Positions 10,595 through 20,568 of a stretch of 64,000 nucleotides of DNA are shown piece by piece (positions within the stretch are counted from its first letter, which is position 1; every line of letters begins with the position of its first letter). The DNA lies in contig JBHLON010000002.1 of the NCBI GenBank assembly GCA_048940445.1, positions 96,001 through 160,000 of the forward strand, written 5' to 3'. The notes beneath the pieces are model-generated. The model saw only the letters and a program-made list of their open reading frames with translations. It was not told where the DNA came from and searched no databases. The stretch comes from Promethearchaeota archaeon (GTDB taxonomy: Archaea; Asgardarchaeota; Lokiarchaeia; Sigyniarchaeales; SOKP01). Made by a program: the position numbers and the translations under genes.

Positions 10595-11458
10595 ATGAAT
10601 AAAATTAGAAAGGTTAAATTAACTTTAAAAAGTCGTCCTACGATAGAAGGAGCTGGAGTAAGATTAAAGAGAGCGTTTGGATATGCTGATTCTTCATTAG
10701 ATCCATTTTTACTTTTAGATGATTTTCATTCGGATGATCCTAATGATTATATAGCAGGATTTCCGTGGCATCCACATCGTGGAATAGAAACCATAACGTA
10801 TATGCTTCATGGAAAAATTGAACATGGTGATAGTTTAGGCAATGGAGGAGTCATTGAAGAAGGAGATGTTCAGTGGATGACTGCTGGCTCTGGGATCATA
10901 CATCAAGAAATGCCAAAGCGAGATAACAGTAAGCCTCTTTTATGGGGGTTTCAACTTTGGGCTAACTTACCTGCGGCGCATAAGATGAGAGACCCTCGTT
11001 ATAGAGATATTAAAAAAAATCAAATTCCAGAAGTTAAAGCAGGGAACGGTGTAAAAGTTAAAATAATATGTGGAGAGATCAATGGAATAAAAGGACCCGT
11101 ACAGGACATCGTAACAGAACCAGAATACTTAGATGTACAAGTAGAAGCTCATTCTGAATTTAAACACTCAACTAAAAAGGAAAATAATGTAATTGCTTAT
11201 GTAATACAAGGTGAAGCTTATTTTGATGAAAGTAATGATAAACTGGTCGGAGCTGAAGGTTTAGTATTATATCAAGAGGGAGACGAAATCTTGATTAGAA
11301 CTGTAAATAACGGTGTTCGATTCCTCTTGATTTCTGGAAAACCATTGAGGGAACCGGTGGCTTGGCGAGGTCCTATTGTAATGAACACAGATGAAGAGTT
11401 AAAAATTGCATTTCGAGAATTTGAAAATGGAACATTTATTAAGCACCACACAAAATAA
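10595..11458 (+). CDS. Pirin family protein
   Basis: DPFLLLDDF, GFPWHPHRGIETITY, WMTAGSGIIHQE, GPIVMNT. Confidence 0.95.
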   Translation: MNKIRKVKLTLKSRPTIEGAGVRLKRAFGYADSSLDPFLLLDDFHSDDPNDYIAGFPWHPHRGIETITYMLHGKIEHGDSLGNGGVIEEGDVQWMTAGSGIIHQEMPKRDNSKPLLWGFQLWANLPAAHKMRDPRYRDIKKNQIPEVKAGNGVKVKIICGEINGIKGPVQDIVTEPEYLDVQVEAHSEFKHSTKKENNVIAYVIQGEAYFDESNDKLVGAEGLVLYQEGDEILIRTVNNGVRFLLISGKPLREPVAWRGPIVMNTDEELKIAFREFENGTFIKHHTK

Positions 11459-11469
11459 TGAATAGTTAA

Positions 11470-12135
11470 TTAGATATGATACGATGCAAAAAATATTAGA
11501 AATATACCAATAATTATTTCGAATAGAATCGCCGATAGCCCTCCTATTGATGATAGAATTTCATACACTTTGGAGGTAGGTATGATAATTTTTATCCCAT
11601 TAACAATACCAATGAAAATGCTAGTAATAATTCCCAACCATCCAATTGATGACCCTAAAATGATTGAAAATGCGAGTGTACCAATTGACCATGCAATCAT
11701 TGCATATGAAAATCTATTGCTTTTTCTTTGCAGAATGATATGATATGAATCAATCAATGGACTTTTTTCTGTACTACTGGTAACTGAGTATCTTTTTGCT
11801 ATATTGAGAAGCTTCAAGTAATCTTTTTCACTATAAACTTGGATTGAGCCTTCTGTTATTCGAAAGACAATCAATACGATTCCAAGTATTATATTATACG
11901 GACTAAAAACAATAAATAGCAATATAGCAAGTGTAATAACACTAAAGTGCTCTATAAGCGCTAAAACAACGCTCATTAGAAATTTTCTTGGACTATTGTT
12001 AAAGTCTAGCAGTTTAGCATCAGATTTAAAATGTTTTGACGTTGGTTCTAAAATATAGCCAAATGCAGCCATTACAACTTGCAAAGCCAAGATAAATAGA
12101 AAGAAAAAACCAGATAGCCTTGTCAATATAATCAT
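11470..12135 (-). CDS. Multi-TM membrane protein (DUF4386-like)
   Basis: About 6 TM segments; RLSG.F N-terminus, FRITE, GWLGI, FEIIIG. Confidence 0.6.
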   Translation of the reverse strand: MIILTRLSGFFFLFILALQVVMAAFGYILEPTSKHFKSDAKLLDFNNSPRKFLMSVVLALIEHFSVITLAILLFIVFSPYNIILGIVLIVFRITEGSIQVYSEKDYLKLLNIAKRYSVTSSTEKSPLIDSYHIILQRKSNRFSYAMIAWSIGTLAFSIILGSSIGWLGIITSIFIGIVNGIKIIIPTSKVYEILSSIGGLSAILFEIIIGIFLIFFASYHI

Positions 12136-12511
12136 AAAGAATCCACCGATTTATTCTACCCTAATCTATGAACCTCGAGGCAGCCATGTCTTTCAGAATC
12201 TATTGCTTTCATCATATAGATAATAGTCTATTTAAACTTATAAATGTAAATATTAATTCCATTTAAACTATGGCCGAAATGTTCATATGTACACCTTAGC
12301 CGAAGAATTACTATAACTATTGACTATATTGAACTTAACTGGTTTTTTCTTTTCAATAATGCCCACAATCACCCTTTATTCTAAGGATAACACCAGATTA
12401 TTTTCTAAAAGTTTCTAATTCCACTTTATAATCTAAAGCAACCTTGAAGATAATTAATTTTTTATACTGAAGATAAGATAATACTATTACTCAGGAAATT
12501 AAATAATCATT

Positions 12512-12691
12512 ATGTCTACTTGTAATTATTGCGGAAAAGAAATCGGTGACTTGCCTTTTAAATGTAAGAATTGCGGAAATCTATTTTGTTCCAAACATAG
12601 ATTACTTGAAAATCATGAATGTAAATTTGATTTTGAAGGTTCTATATTTAATGAAAATCAAAAACTAAAAGCTAAAAAACAAAGCAATTAA
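12512..12691 (+). CDS. AN1-type zinc finger microprotein (59 aa; possibly truncated)
   Basis: MSTCNYCGKEIGDLPFKCKNCGNLFCSKHRLLENHEC matches AN1 C-x2-C...FxCxxCxxxFCxxHRxxExHxC. Confidence 0.8.
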   Translation: MSTCNYCGKEIGDLPFKCKNCGNLFCSKHRLLENHECKFDFEGSIFNENQKLKAKKQSN

Positions 12692-12926
12692 ATTGGTTTT
12701 TATTGATTTTTAGGAAATTTTTTAAAGAGCTTGTTCCATGGGTCATCTATTTATGATTATTACTAATGTGGAGTTTAAAAAAAACACACTTAGAGAATAT
12801 ATAAGTAGAGATTTCATTAAAAGTAGTCAATTTAATATTAATACTTAAATTTAATATCATCTTACTTCTTTACAATTAATTTAATTAGCAATTGATATTC
12901 TATCATCTTTTTTAATAAATAGTGAG

Positions 12927-13202
12927 GTGTGTTATACGATGAAAAAATCAATTTTATCAATTATAACTCTAGTTTTTGCTTTAGTAACAGCTGTTTTTAT
13001 AGGTTTATGGTTGTATATAATTATATTTCCATTTTTTGATATGGCACAGTTGGCAGCAAATCTAGGATATTCGATACTTGATGCTGTTCCTGTCCCAGTT
13101 ATCCTTGCATATATCTTTTTAAATATCTATTTCATTTTAATGGCGGCATTTGGTATTATTACTTTGATATTAGCATTAATTACAAAAATCGTTAATCGTT
13201 AA
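12927..13202 (+). CDS. Small 2-TM membrane protein
   Basis: MKK plus hydrophobic helices; likely start 12939 after GAGGTG. Confidence 0.6.
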   Translation: MCYTMKKSILSIITLVFALVTAVFIGLWLYIIIFPFFDMAQLAANLGYSILDAVPVPVILAYIFLNIYFILMAAFGIITLILALITKIVNR

Positions 13203-13285
13203 GGGTATAATAGAAAGCTAAATTTTTTAATAATCTTTTTTTCTTCCACTTTTGCCACTTTTATCCTAAAAAAAAAGAAACAACC

Positions 13286-13413
13286 CTACTTAATTTTAAA
13301 CCGAAAAAGCCCTTAAATGGAGCAGTTGCTTGGAGGAGTCTTATCGTTATGAATAGAGATCAAGAGATAAGGATCGTATTTCGTGAATTTATTAATAATT
13401 TTATTAAGTACCA
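13286..13413 (+). pseudogene. Orphan 3' fragment of a pirin gene
   Basis: Translates KPLNGAVAWRSLIVMNRDQEIRIVFREFINNFIK vs intact KPLREPVAWRGPIVMNTDEELKIAFREFENGTFIK. Confidence 0.85.
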
Positions 13414-13513
13414 ATTATTAGATATAATCTAAAAAAATATTAGGTGCAATTCTTTTTAATTCGTAATAAATATTAATTATAAAATCAAAATAAATAGAGA
13501 AAAGTAATCGGAA

Positions 13514-13792
13514 ATGTCTGAAGAGCCTCAGTTCCCTGATATACCGGACTTTAAAGAACGTTCCGTTCTTTAACTGGACATTGGGGAAATAGATAGAAAA
13601 GATAGGTTCATTCAAAAGAAGACAACAGTTATTAAATGTAGAGAGTGCAAGGCAAGGATGGAACGCCCTTTCAAAGCAGGAGACTATACCTTTAAAACCC
13701 TAACTGATGAAGAATGTGAGAAATGTCGCAGTAAAATGTCAACTATAGAAGAGATCTATGCTGAATGGGTAGATCCTAAAAAGATCAAATAA
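13514..13792 (+). pseudogene. Archaeal double-CxxC zinc-ribbon protein with in-frame TAA at 13571-13573
   Basis: MSEEPQFPDIPDFKERSVL*LDIGEIDRKDRFIQKKTTVIKCRECKARMERPFKAGDYTFKTLTDEECEKCRSKMSTIEEIYAEWVDPKKIK. Confidence 0.7.
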
Positions 13793-13885
13793 AATTTGTT
13801 CTATAACAACATAATTAAATCTTTTTTATAGATTATATTTTTAATAATCTTCAATTATTTTAATTTCTATAGAAAGTGAATCTTT

Positions 13886-14992
13886 TTGACAGAGAAAGAA
13901 AATAGATATATAATCAATAATTTTCATGCAAAATCTTTGGAAGATAATCCGTTAAAAAGTCCTGTTGATCGAGACATTAATATATATCTGCCCCCTGATT
14001 ATTATAAAGACATTGATGTCAAATATCCTGTGATTTATTTTCTGCATGGATATTCTGGGAATAATTGGAGTTGGACAACCAACTTTAAAAATGCAAAAGA
14101 TATTGGATTTGATTTTAATGCTGCACCACCCAATATTTTAAACAAATTAGATATTGATCGCTTATTAACTTTTGAAAAGTTAGATGAATTAATTCAAAAA
14201 GGTGAATTAAAGCCATTTATATATGTTCAACCGGATGGAAGCTTAGAAATTCCAAACAAATTCAAACGCAGAGATTTGAGAGGAAAAATAATGACAAAGG
14301 GAAGTTTTTATGTTAATTCGCCCTCTGCTGGAAATTATATGAACTATATCATAAATGATGTAATAGATTTTGTGGATTCACATTACCGAAGCATTCCAGA
14401 TAAGAATCGTAGAGCTTTAATGGGGGGTTCTATGGGTGGTTATGGGGCACTATATTTAGCTCTCCATCATCCTGATAAATTTATTGCGGTATCATTATTA
14501 AGTCCAGGAAATGTTGGCAATCTTGATAGAATAAACTGGGAATTAAGAATTCCAATATATACAGAGCTTTTTGGTGAAAAAACGTCTGCTCAGATAGGTG
14601 ATTTCGCTTGGAAAGATATCATGGATACATATGACTTGATTTTTTCGAATGTTAATAGATTAATCCCTTCTATTAAGAGAGACGAAAATGGAAATATTAT
14701 AGGGTATAATAAAGAAGCATTTAATAATTGGCAACGAAATAATCTTCTTAATTTAATAGAAAAATATCCCGAATCTCTAAAGAAAGTTCATTTACAATTA
14801 AATTGTGAAAGAACTGATGAGTTTGGTCTTGCTGATGCGGCTATTCAGCTTCATGAGAAATTAATAGAAAAGAAAATTGAGCATGATTATGAGTTGTATT
14901 CTGACCCAAAAGCAGCTCTTACACCTCATATTTTAGGAATAGGATATCATATATTACCAGGAATTAAATTTTGCTTACAATTTATAGAATAG
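13886..14992 (+). CDS. Alpha/beta hydrolase, putative esterase
   Basis: IYLPPDY, YPVIYFLHG, GGSMGGYGA nucleophile elbow. Confidence 0.9.
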   Translation: MTEKENRYIINNFHAKSLEDNPLKSPVDRDINIYLPPDYYKDIDVKYPVIYFLHGYSGNNWSWTTNFKNAKDIGFDFNAAPPNILNKLDIDRLLTFEKLDELIQKGELKPFIYVQPDGSLEIPNKFKRRDLRGKIMTKGSFYVNSPSAGNYMNYIINDVIDFVDSHYRSIPDKNRRALMGGSMGGYGALYLALHHPDKFIAVSLLSPGNVGNLDRINWELRIPIYTELFGEKTSAQIGDFAWKDIMDTYDLIFSNVNRLIPSIKRDENGNIIGYNKEAFNNWQRNNLLNLIEKYPESLKKVHLQLNCERTDEFGLADAAIQLHEKLIEKKIEHDYELYSDPKAALTPHILGIGYHILPGIKFCLQFIE

Positions 14993-15017
14993 TTTAAATC
15001 ATAATAGGTTTTAAGAG

Positions 15018-15971
15018 ATGATACATGTAGAATCCAGGCTGCTTAGTCCAAAAGATTGTGACACTCTTGGCTATCTCACTGTATCTTCAAGAAAAGGAAC
15101 TATACTGGAATCAGACAGAAGTGCTGAGGAGATAGCAGCCAATATTGAAACTTTAGCTAAAAATCAAGATTATGAAATATTGATAGCATTGGATGAAAAT
15201 CAAGACATCATAGGATGGATTTATTATTATGTCGCTATTCCTCCGATGGCTTTTATTAACGGTTATTTACCAATTGCAGATCAAACTCGTGAATCTGGGA
15301 ATATTATTTTAGCATTAATTAACGCATCAAAGAGAAATATTATTGAACGAGAATATACTCGGTTAGAGATTAATAATGATTTTCCTACAGATGCGCATAA
15401 ACAAATGTCAGATAGACTTCTCAATTGGTATAAAAAATGTGACTTTCAGTTTGCAGCTGAAGAAGCTCATATGAAAACGGACCTCAGAAAAATTAGAATA
15501 CCAGAAAACAGTCTACCAAATGGTTATAGCCTCCAAAGTTTTTCTGAGATTTCTTATGATCAGCTAGAAATTGCTGGATTTCAAGCGCTTCAGAATAGTA
15601 ATGATGAATTATTTATTTCTATGAGTCAATCAGAACAAAAAGTTTCTCTTAAGTATTTCTTCGACAAGTCACGCAATTTTATTAAAGAAGCATCACTTGT
15701 TCTAGAGAAGGATGGTAGGGTAGTTGGTTTTGTAATCACTCGCGTGGATGATGATATAGCAGAGATCGGCCCATTTGACCTAATTCCAGAGGTTAGAGGG
15801 CACGGTCTTGGTAATTATTTGCTTGGATGTGCTTTAAAGAACATAAAAGATGCAGGATTTGTTAGTGTATCTCTTGATGTGTCTAAATCTAATATTCCCG
15901 CGAAAATGCTTTACAATCGATATGGCTTTGAAGAACTATACTCCAAACAATTTTATTTTTGGTCACCCTAA
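15018..15971 (+). CDS. Tandem-domain GNAT acetyltransferase
   Basis: PEVRGHGLG, NIPAKMLYNRYGF. Confidence 0.85.
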   Translation: MIHVESRLLSPKDCDTLGYLTVSSRKGTILESDRSAEEIAANIETLAKNQDYEILIALDENQDIIGWIYYYVAIPPMAFINGYLPIADQTRESGNIILALINASKRNIIEREYTRLEINNDFPTDAHKQMSDRLLNWYKKCDFQFAAEEAHMKTDLRKIRIPENSLPNGYSLQSFSEISYDQLEIAGFQALQNSNDELFISMSQSEQKVSLKYFFDKSRNFIKEASLVLEKDGRVVGFVITRVDDDIAEIGPFDLIPEVRGHGLGNYLLGCALKNIKDAGFVSVSLDVSKSNIPAKMLYNRYGFEELYSKQFYFWSP

Positions 15972-16039
15972 ATTGAGGCATCCAAATGGATGAGAATCTG
16001 ATAGTTAACTAAAAATATTAACTATTAATTTTATTATCT

Positions 16040-16561
16040 ATGCTGATTGGAAAAAATGTAAATTTGAGCATCATTGAAAAAACTGATTTACCTCTCCTTA
16101 AGGAATGGATAAATGAATGTAATATTGATGGAGAATTTGAGCCAATAAATCAATTAAGTTTAACAGATATAGAAAAAGAGTTTGAGGGTAATAAGGAAGG
16201 CCAATGGTTTTTTATAGAGAAGAAAGATAAAACTAAAATTGGTTATATTGCCCACTTTCTTTCGAAATCATGTAGAGCAATTGGTTATGCCATATTATTA
16301 AATGAAAGAGCTAAGGGTTATGGATCTGAAGCCGTCCAAATGATGGTAGATTATTTATTTCTATCAAAAAATATAGTAAGGATTCAAGCTGAAACACATC
16401 CCGAAAATTTAGCATCACAGAGAGTCTTAGTTAAATCTGGTTTTACAAAGGAAGGAATAGTCAGGAAAAGCTTCTTTAGCAGAGGAGTATGGCGTGACAC
16501 GGCTTTATACAGTCTCTTAAAGGAAGAATGGAAAGAACCCAAAATTATTACAAAACTATAG
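16040..16561 (+). CDS. RimJ/RimL-type GNAT acetyltransferase
   Basis: ERAKGYGSEA, ENLASQRVLVKSGFTKEG. Confidence 0.9.
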   Translation: MLIGKNVNLSIIEKTDLPLLKEWINECNIDGEFEPINQLSLTDIEKEFEGNKEGQWFFIEKKDKTKIGYIAHFLSKSCRAIGYAILLNERAKGYGSEAVQMMVDYLFLSKNIVRIQAETHPENLASQRVLVKSGFTKEGIVRKSFFSRGVWRDTALYSLLKEEWKEPKIITKL

Positions 16562-16582
16562 ATTTCGGATATGAGTTCCTAT

Positions 16583-16834
16583 TCAATCAATCCCAAGTAA
16601 TTTAATAATCAAATTTGTCATAGAATAGGGATCGAGGCTTTTATCCATCACTAAGTTAATATATTTCTCAATTTCGGAATTAGACGATAGTAACTTTTCT
16701 ACTTTTTTCGTTAATTTATGTTTTAAAATCTGTATTGTCTCTTTCTTTATTCTATCTTTAACATAACTTTCGATTAATCCCGTATCCTTTAAGAAAATTT
16801 TCTATTGGTTTGCTACTTCGAGAAATTCCTTGAA
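16583..16834 (-). pseudogene. Orphan 3' fragment of meaB (84 codons, one internal TAG)
   Basis: Translates FKEFLEVANQ*KIFLKDTGLIESYVKDRIKKETIQILKHKLTKKVEKLLSSNSEIEKYINLVMDKSLDPYSMTNLIIKLLGID*, matching the C-terminus of 19153..20145. Confidence 0.93.
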
Positions 16835-16929
16835 ATTTTATATACTATCCGAAATTAAGTTTTGTTTGCGGTTTATAAATTAGATAAAATCAAAAGAGCT
16901 CCTATAGATTAGATGATTTATGCACTCTT

Positions 16930-16993
16930 TTTATAGAAAAAGAATTTTATTGTTCGCAAAAGCTTCTTTAGTGGAAGAATATGGAGAGATAAA
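16930..16993 (+). pseudogene. Short orphan 3' fragment of the RimJ/RimL GNAT
   Basis: 16949-16993 = IVRKSFFSGRIWRDK vs intact IVRKSFFSRGVWRDT. Confidence 0.75.
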
Positions 16994-16995
16994 GG

Positions 16996-17037
16996 AAAGT
17001 GTCTACAGAGTTTACAAAAGTGTCTACAAAATTTTCA
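16996..17037. repeat. Tandem 21-bp direct repeat with core AAAGTGTCTACA
   Basis: aaagtgtctacagagtttaca / aaagtgtctacaaaattttca, followed by a TATA-like tattaaata. Confidence 0.6.
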
Positions 17038-17185
17038 AAAGTATTAAATATCAAAATATGATCCATAAGCTTTGATCATCTTCGATCCAATTCAATGTTT
17101 TATTTAGCGAAATTCAAAATTTTCTATGTTTAGAAGATTGAATTAGATAATTTTTTGTTTAGATGATCAATTTAAGAAAAAAAAG

Positions 17186-18058
17186 ATGTTGAAAATGAAT
17201 AGTTCTAAGACAAGAAAATTAGCTCTAGTAGTAATTGTAGTGACTTTAGTGTTCTGCTTCATACCAGTAGTTCAAGGAACAAAAACTTCAAACAAAAGTA
17301 TAACTATTTTACCAATAGAAGATTGGCTTATGGGTAATCCATTAGGTGCTGGTCCCGGGTATCTTGATCCGGATTCTATGTTGTCTCAACGATGTTTAGG
17401 TACGGTAGCAGATGCTGAATCATATGAAGGATATGTTGTTGAAAAGATACTGAATGATGGGTCACGCCATTACACAGTGAATATAGAAGTAAAAGGTGTA
17501 CCAATGGCTGTACTCGATTGGATTGCCGGAGAATGGATATTTGTAGGAATGATGGATTTTAGATATACAGCTAAATTTATCCTTGAAGAAGAAATACCTG
17601 GAGGAGAAATTTTGGATTGGGATTATGGAGATTTTGTTCTTGATGAAAATGGAAATCCGGCACCACTTATAGTACCTATTATGCCTACTGTTCCTGCAGG
17701 TAATAGGAATATGGATGGGTGGTACCTTCCATCATGGTGGATTCTTTACTTTTATCAGTACGAAATTGGGGGTTACTTTGAATGGATGGAATTTAAATCT
17801 CAAGCTTCCGGCAACTTTATAGAGCCAGGATGGTACCCCTCTCCAACTGGACCTTCTCCGGTTCTACTTGAAGAAGGAAATGTCATGGTCCATCAAATAG
17901 CAATTTACGGTTATAATCTTCCGTTGAATAATCCCAATGTGAATCAATATACCTCATGGTCTGTTCCAGAGGGTGTGCTTTACGATGGTGGACCTCTAGT
18001 ACAATCTCCTTTGTTAATGCCTGAAATGTGGCCTGTAGAGTACGTTAAATTCTATTGA
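17186..18058 (+). CDS. Secreted acidic hypothetical protein
   Basis: N-terminal signal peptide (RK plus hydrophobic core, VQG cleavage); Pro/Trp/Gly rich. Confidence 0.75.
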   Translation: MLKMNSSKTRKLALVVIVVTLVFCFIPVVQGTKTSNKSITILPIEDWLMGNPLGAGPGYLDPDSMLSQRCLGTVADAESYEGYVVEKILNDGSRHYTVNIEVKGVPMAVLDWIAGEWIFVGMMDFRYTAKFILEEEIPGGEILDWDYGDFVLDENGNPAPLIVPIMPTVPAGNRNMDGWYLPSWWILYFYQYEIGGYFEWMEFKSQASGNFIEPGWYPSPTGPSPVLLEEGNVMVHQIAIYGYNLPLNNPNVNQYTSWSVPEGVLYDGGPLVQSPLLMPEMWPVEYVKFY

Positions 18059-18340
18059 TTTATCTAAATGTAATCAAAATACGATTAAACAAAAATAATA
18101 ACTTTCAATATAGTATATAGAATGCGGAGGAAAAAGTTTAGATAATTGGCTTCTCGAATGACCACACCTAAACTAATATTCCCCCAATCTATATATCTTT
18201 TTTTTTTTAATAAATATTGGGTCATAAGCGAAATTTTTTAGAAATAATTATGAAAAATCATGCATATAACTCTTTTTTATCTAAAATTAGAATTTTTGTA
18301 ATAGAAGATTTTTTGGGGTAATTAAATCAGTTTAAGAAAC

Positions 18341-19003
18341 TTATTCTTGAGTATTATATGAAACAAGCCAAAAATATTTAAAAAGTTTTATCTTAAAATT
18401 TTTAATTTTACTACCAAGAGTTTCGAGAATTTCTTGTTGAGTAGGAAAATTTTTCAACACTTCATATTCTCGACCATCTTCTAATTTCCTTATCTGATAA
18501 GTATTTCCATCATTATCAATTCGAATTATTGGCGTAGAGCTTTTCTTCACACGGCGATTATCAACAAAAACAACAAGAGCATCAGATTGAAGTTTTGACT
18601 GAAATAAGGTAAGAAATCCTTTTAATTTGGATTTTAATACATGAGACCACCAAAAACCAGCAAAACCTGCAGAAAAATTATTCTGAATTTTGTTTAATGA
18701 ATAAACATCATCTTGAACAAAGATTACCTTATCTGAAGGAATTTCGCGGCTTTTGGCAATTTGAAGAACTTTATTATTTATATCAACAGCAGTGATAAAT
18801 TTTGAGACAGATGCAATTGTTTTAGTCCAATAACCAGTTCCACATGCAACCTCAAGTACTATATGACCACTCAGCAGATTTTTTAGCAATTTATGAAGCT
18901 TTTTAATATCCTTTTGGCGTTCAGGTCTCAAATACGTCTTATCATATTCATATGCTCTATCTGCATAATACTGCTCGATATCTTTATCAATTTTTCTTGA
19001 CAT
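18341..19003 (-). CDS. Class I SAM-dependent methyltransferase
   Basis: VLEVACGTGYWT, AVDIN, GFWWSHV. Confidence 0.9.
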   Translation of the reverse strand: MSRKIDKDIEQYYADRAYEYDKTYLRPERQKDIKKLHKLLKNLLSGHIVLEVACGTGYWTKTIASVSKFITAVDINNKVLQIAKSREIPSDKVIFVQDDVYSLNKIQNNFSAGFAGFWWSHVLKSKLKGFLTLFQSKLQSDALVVFVDNRRVKKSSTPIIRIDNDGNTYQIRKLEDGREYEVLKNFPTQQEILETLGSKIKNFKIKLFKYFWLVSYNTQE

Positions 19004-19152
19004 TTATATGCAATTTTAGGTTAACTATTATTATATACTATTACCTAATCATATTTTATATTGAAATGAAAAATTTTCTAATTTTAGGGTATAACCTATT
19101 TTTTTTTAATAAATTTTTAGAAATAATCTCCCTAAAGGAAAAAAAGTTTGAA

Positions 19153-20145
19153 TTAATCGATTCCAAGTAGTTTTATTATAAGATTTGCCATAGAATAAGG
19201 ATCTAAGCTTTTGTCCATAACTAAATTAATATAGTTATTAATTTCAGAATTAGAAGAAAGCAACTTTTCTACTTTTTTTGTTAATTTATGTTTTAAAATC
19301 TGCAGTGTCTCATTCTTTATCCTATTTTTGGCATAACTATCAATTATCCCAGTATCTTTTAAGAAAGCTTTGTGTAGGTTTACCATTTCAAGAAATTGGT
19401 TAAATCCCTCCTCTGTTTTTGAATTCACTTTCACAATCTTTGGAGTCCACTGGCGGATTTTGGTATATTCTTTGGATAAATCTTGATCATCAAATTTAAA
19501 ACTAGATTCTAATTCTAACATTTGTGAAATCTCAGCTACTTTTTGGTCTGCTCCTGGAAGATCCATTTTATTAACTACAAAAATATCTGTGATTTCCATT
19601 ATTCCTGCTTTTATAGCTTGAATATCATCTCCTACTTCTGGCTGAAGTAACACAGCTACAGTTTGAGCAGACTTAAATATGTCTACTTCAGATTGACCCA
19701 CTCCTACAGTCTCCACAATAATAATATCTGATCCATAAACATCTAAGATTTTAATAACATCTTCAGTGGCTCTCGCCAATCCTCCTAATTGGCCTCTATT
19801 TGCCATGCTTCTAATGAACACATTATTCAAATTAAAATGTTCTTTCATTCTGATGCGATCCCCTAGTATTGCTCCTCCTGTAAGAGGAGATGTTGGATCG
19901 ACACAAATTATCCCGATTTTATTTCCTTGTTCTACAAGAATTTTAGTTAGAGTTGAAATAAAAGTAGATTTTCCGCTGCCTGGTGCTCCAGTTACCCCAA
20001 GAATATAACTATTTCCTGTGTATTTATATATTGAATTAATAATCTGCTCAGCAGCAATGATGTTATTCTCAACGATCGTAATTAAACGAGCTGCAGCTCG
20101 GGGGTCTTTGTTTATAAGCCTTTCGATTAGGTTTGAATAATCCAT
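19153..20145 (-). CDS. meaB: MeaB/ArgK GTPase chaperone for B12 mutase
   Basis: GAPGSGKST, VDPTSP..GGAILGDRIRM, ETVGVGQSE, NKMD. Confidence 0.95.
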   Translation of the reverse strand: MDYSNLIERLINKDPRAAARLITIVENNIIAAEQIINSIYKYTGNSYILGVTGAPGSGKSTFISTLTKILVEQGNKIGIICVDPTSPLTGGAILGDRIRMKEHFNLNNVFIRSMANRGQLGGLARATEDVIKILDVYGSDIIIVETVGVGQSEVDIFKSAQTVAVLLQPEVGDDIQAIKAGIMEITDIFVVNKMDLPGADQKVAEISQMLELESSFKFDDQDLSKEYTKIRQWTPKIVKVNSKTEEGFNQFLEMVNLHKAFLKDTGIIDSYAKNRIKNETLQILKHKLTKKVEKLLSSNSEINNYINLVMDKSLDPYSMANLIIKLLGID

Positions 20146-20152
20146 CTATGGT

Positions 20153-20554
20153 TTATCTCTTAAGGTTATTCTTTACAAATTCTACAATTGTTTTTAATTC
20201 AGTACCAGGTCCATGAAAACCCTTCAGTCCATGCTTTTCTAAGAAAGGTTTATCCTCATCGGGAATAATCCCTCCTACAGCAACAAGAACATCATCTATT
20301 CCTTTTTCTTTTAATTTTTCCATTATAACTGGACATAGAGCATTATGAGCTCCTGATAACATACTTAACATAACTGCATCAGGATCCTCCTGTACAACTG
20401 TATTTACAATATCATCAGGTGTTTGATGTAATCCAGTATAAATTACTTCCATTCCTGCATCTCGTAATGCGCGAGCTAAGACTTTAGCCCCCCGATCATG
20501 TCCATCCAATCCTGGCTTACAAACAAGAACCTTTATCTTTCTTTTCTCAGTCAT
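20153..20554 (-). CDS. Acyl-CoA mutase small cobalamin-binding subunit
   Basis: KPGLDGHDRG (DxHxxG), SMLSGAH, GGIIP; start at MTEKRK. Confidence 0.95.
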   Translation of the reverse strand: MTEKRKIKVLVCKPGLDGHDRGAKVLARALRDAGMEVIYTGLHQTPDDIVNTVVQEDPDAVMLSMLSGAHNALCPVIMEKLKEKGIDDVLVAVGGIIPDEDKPFLEKHGLKGFHGPGTELKTIVEFVKNNLKR

Positions 20555-20568
20555 TTTAAAATCTCTCC

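Noticed and set aside
12140-12370. Short minus-strand ORF (MGIIEKKKPVKF...) with a TGA and a weak hairpin upstream of the DUF4386-like gene
   Set aside because: No Cys-aligned context, no convincing SECIS, and pairing is weak for AT-rich DNA
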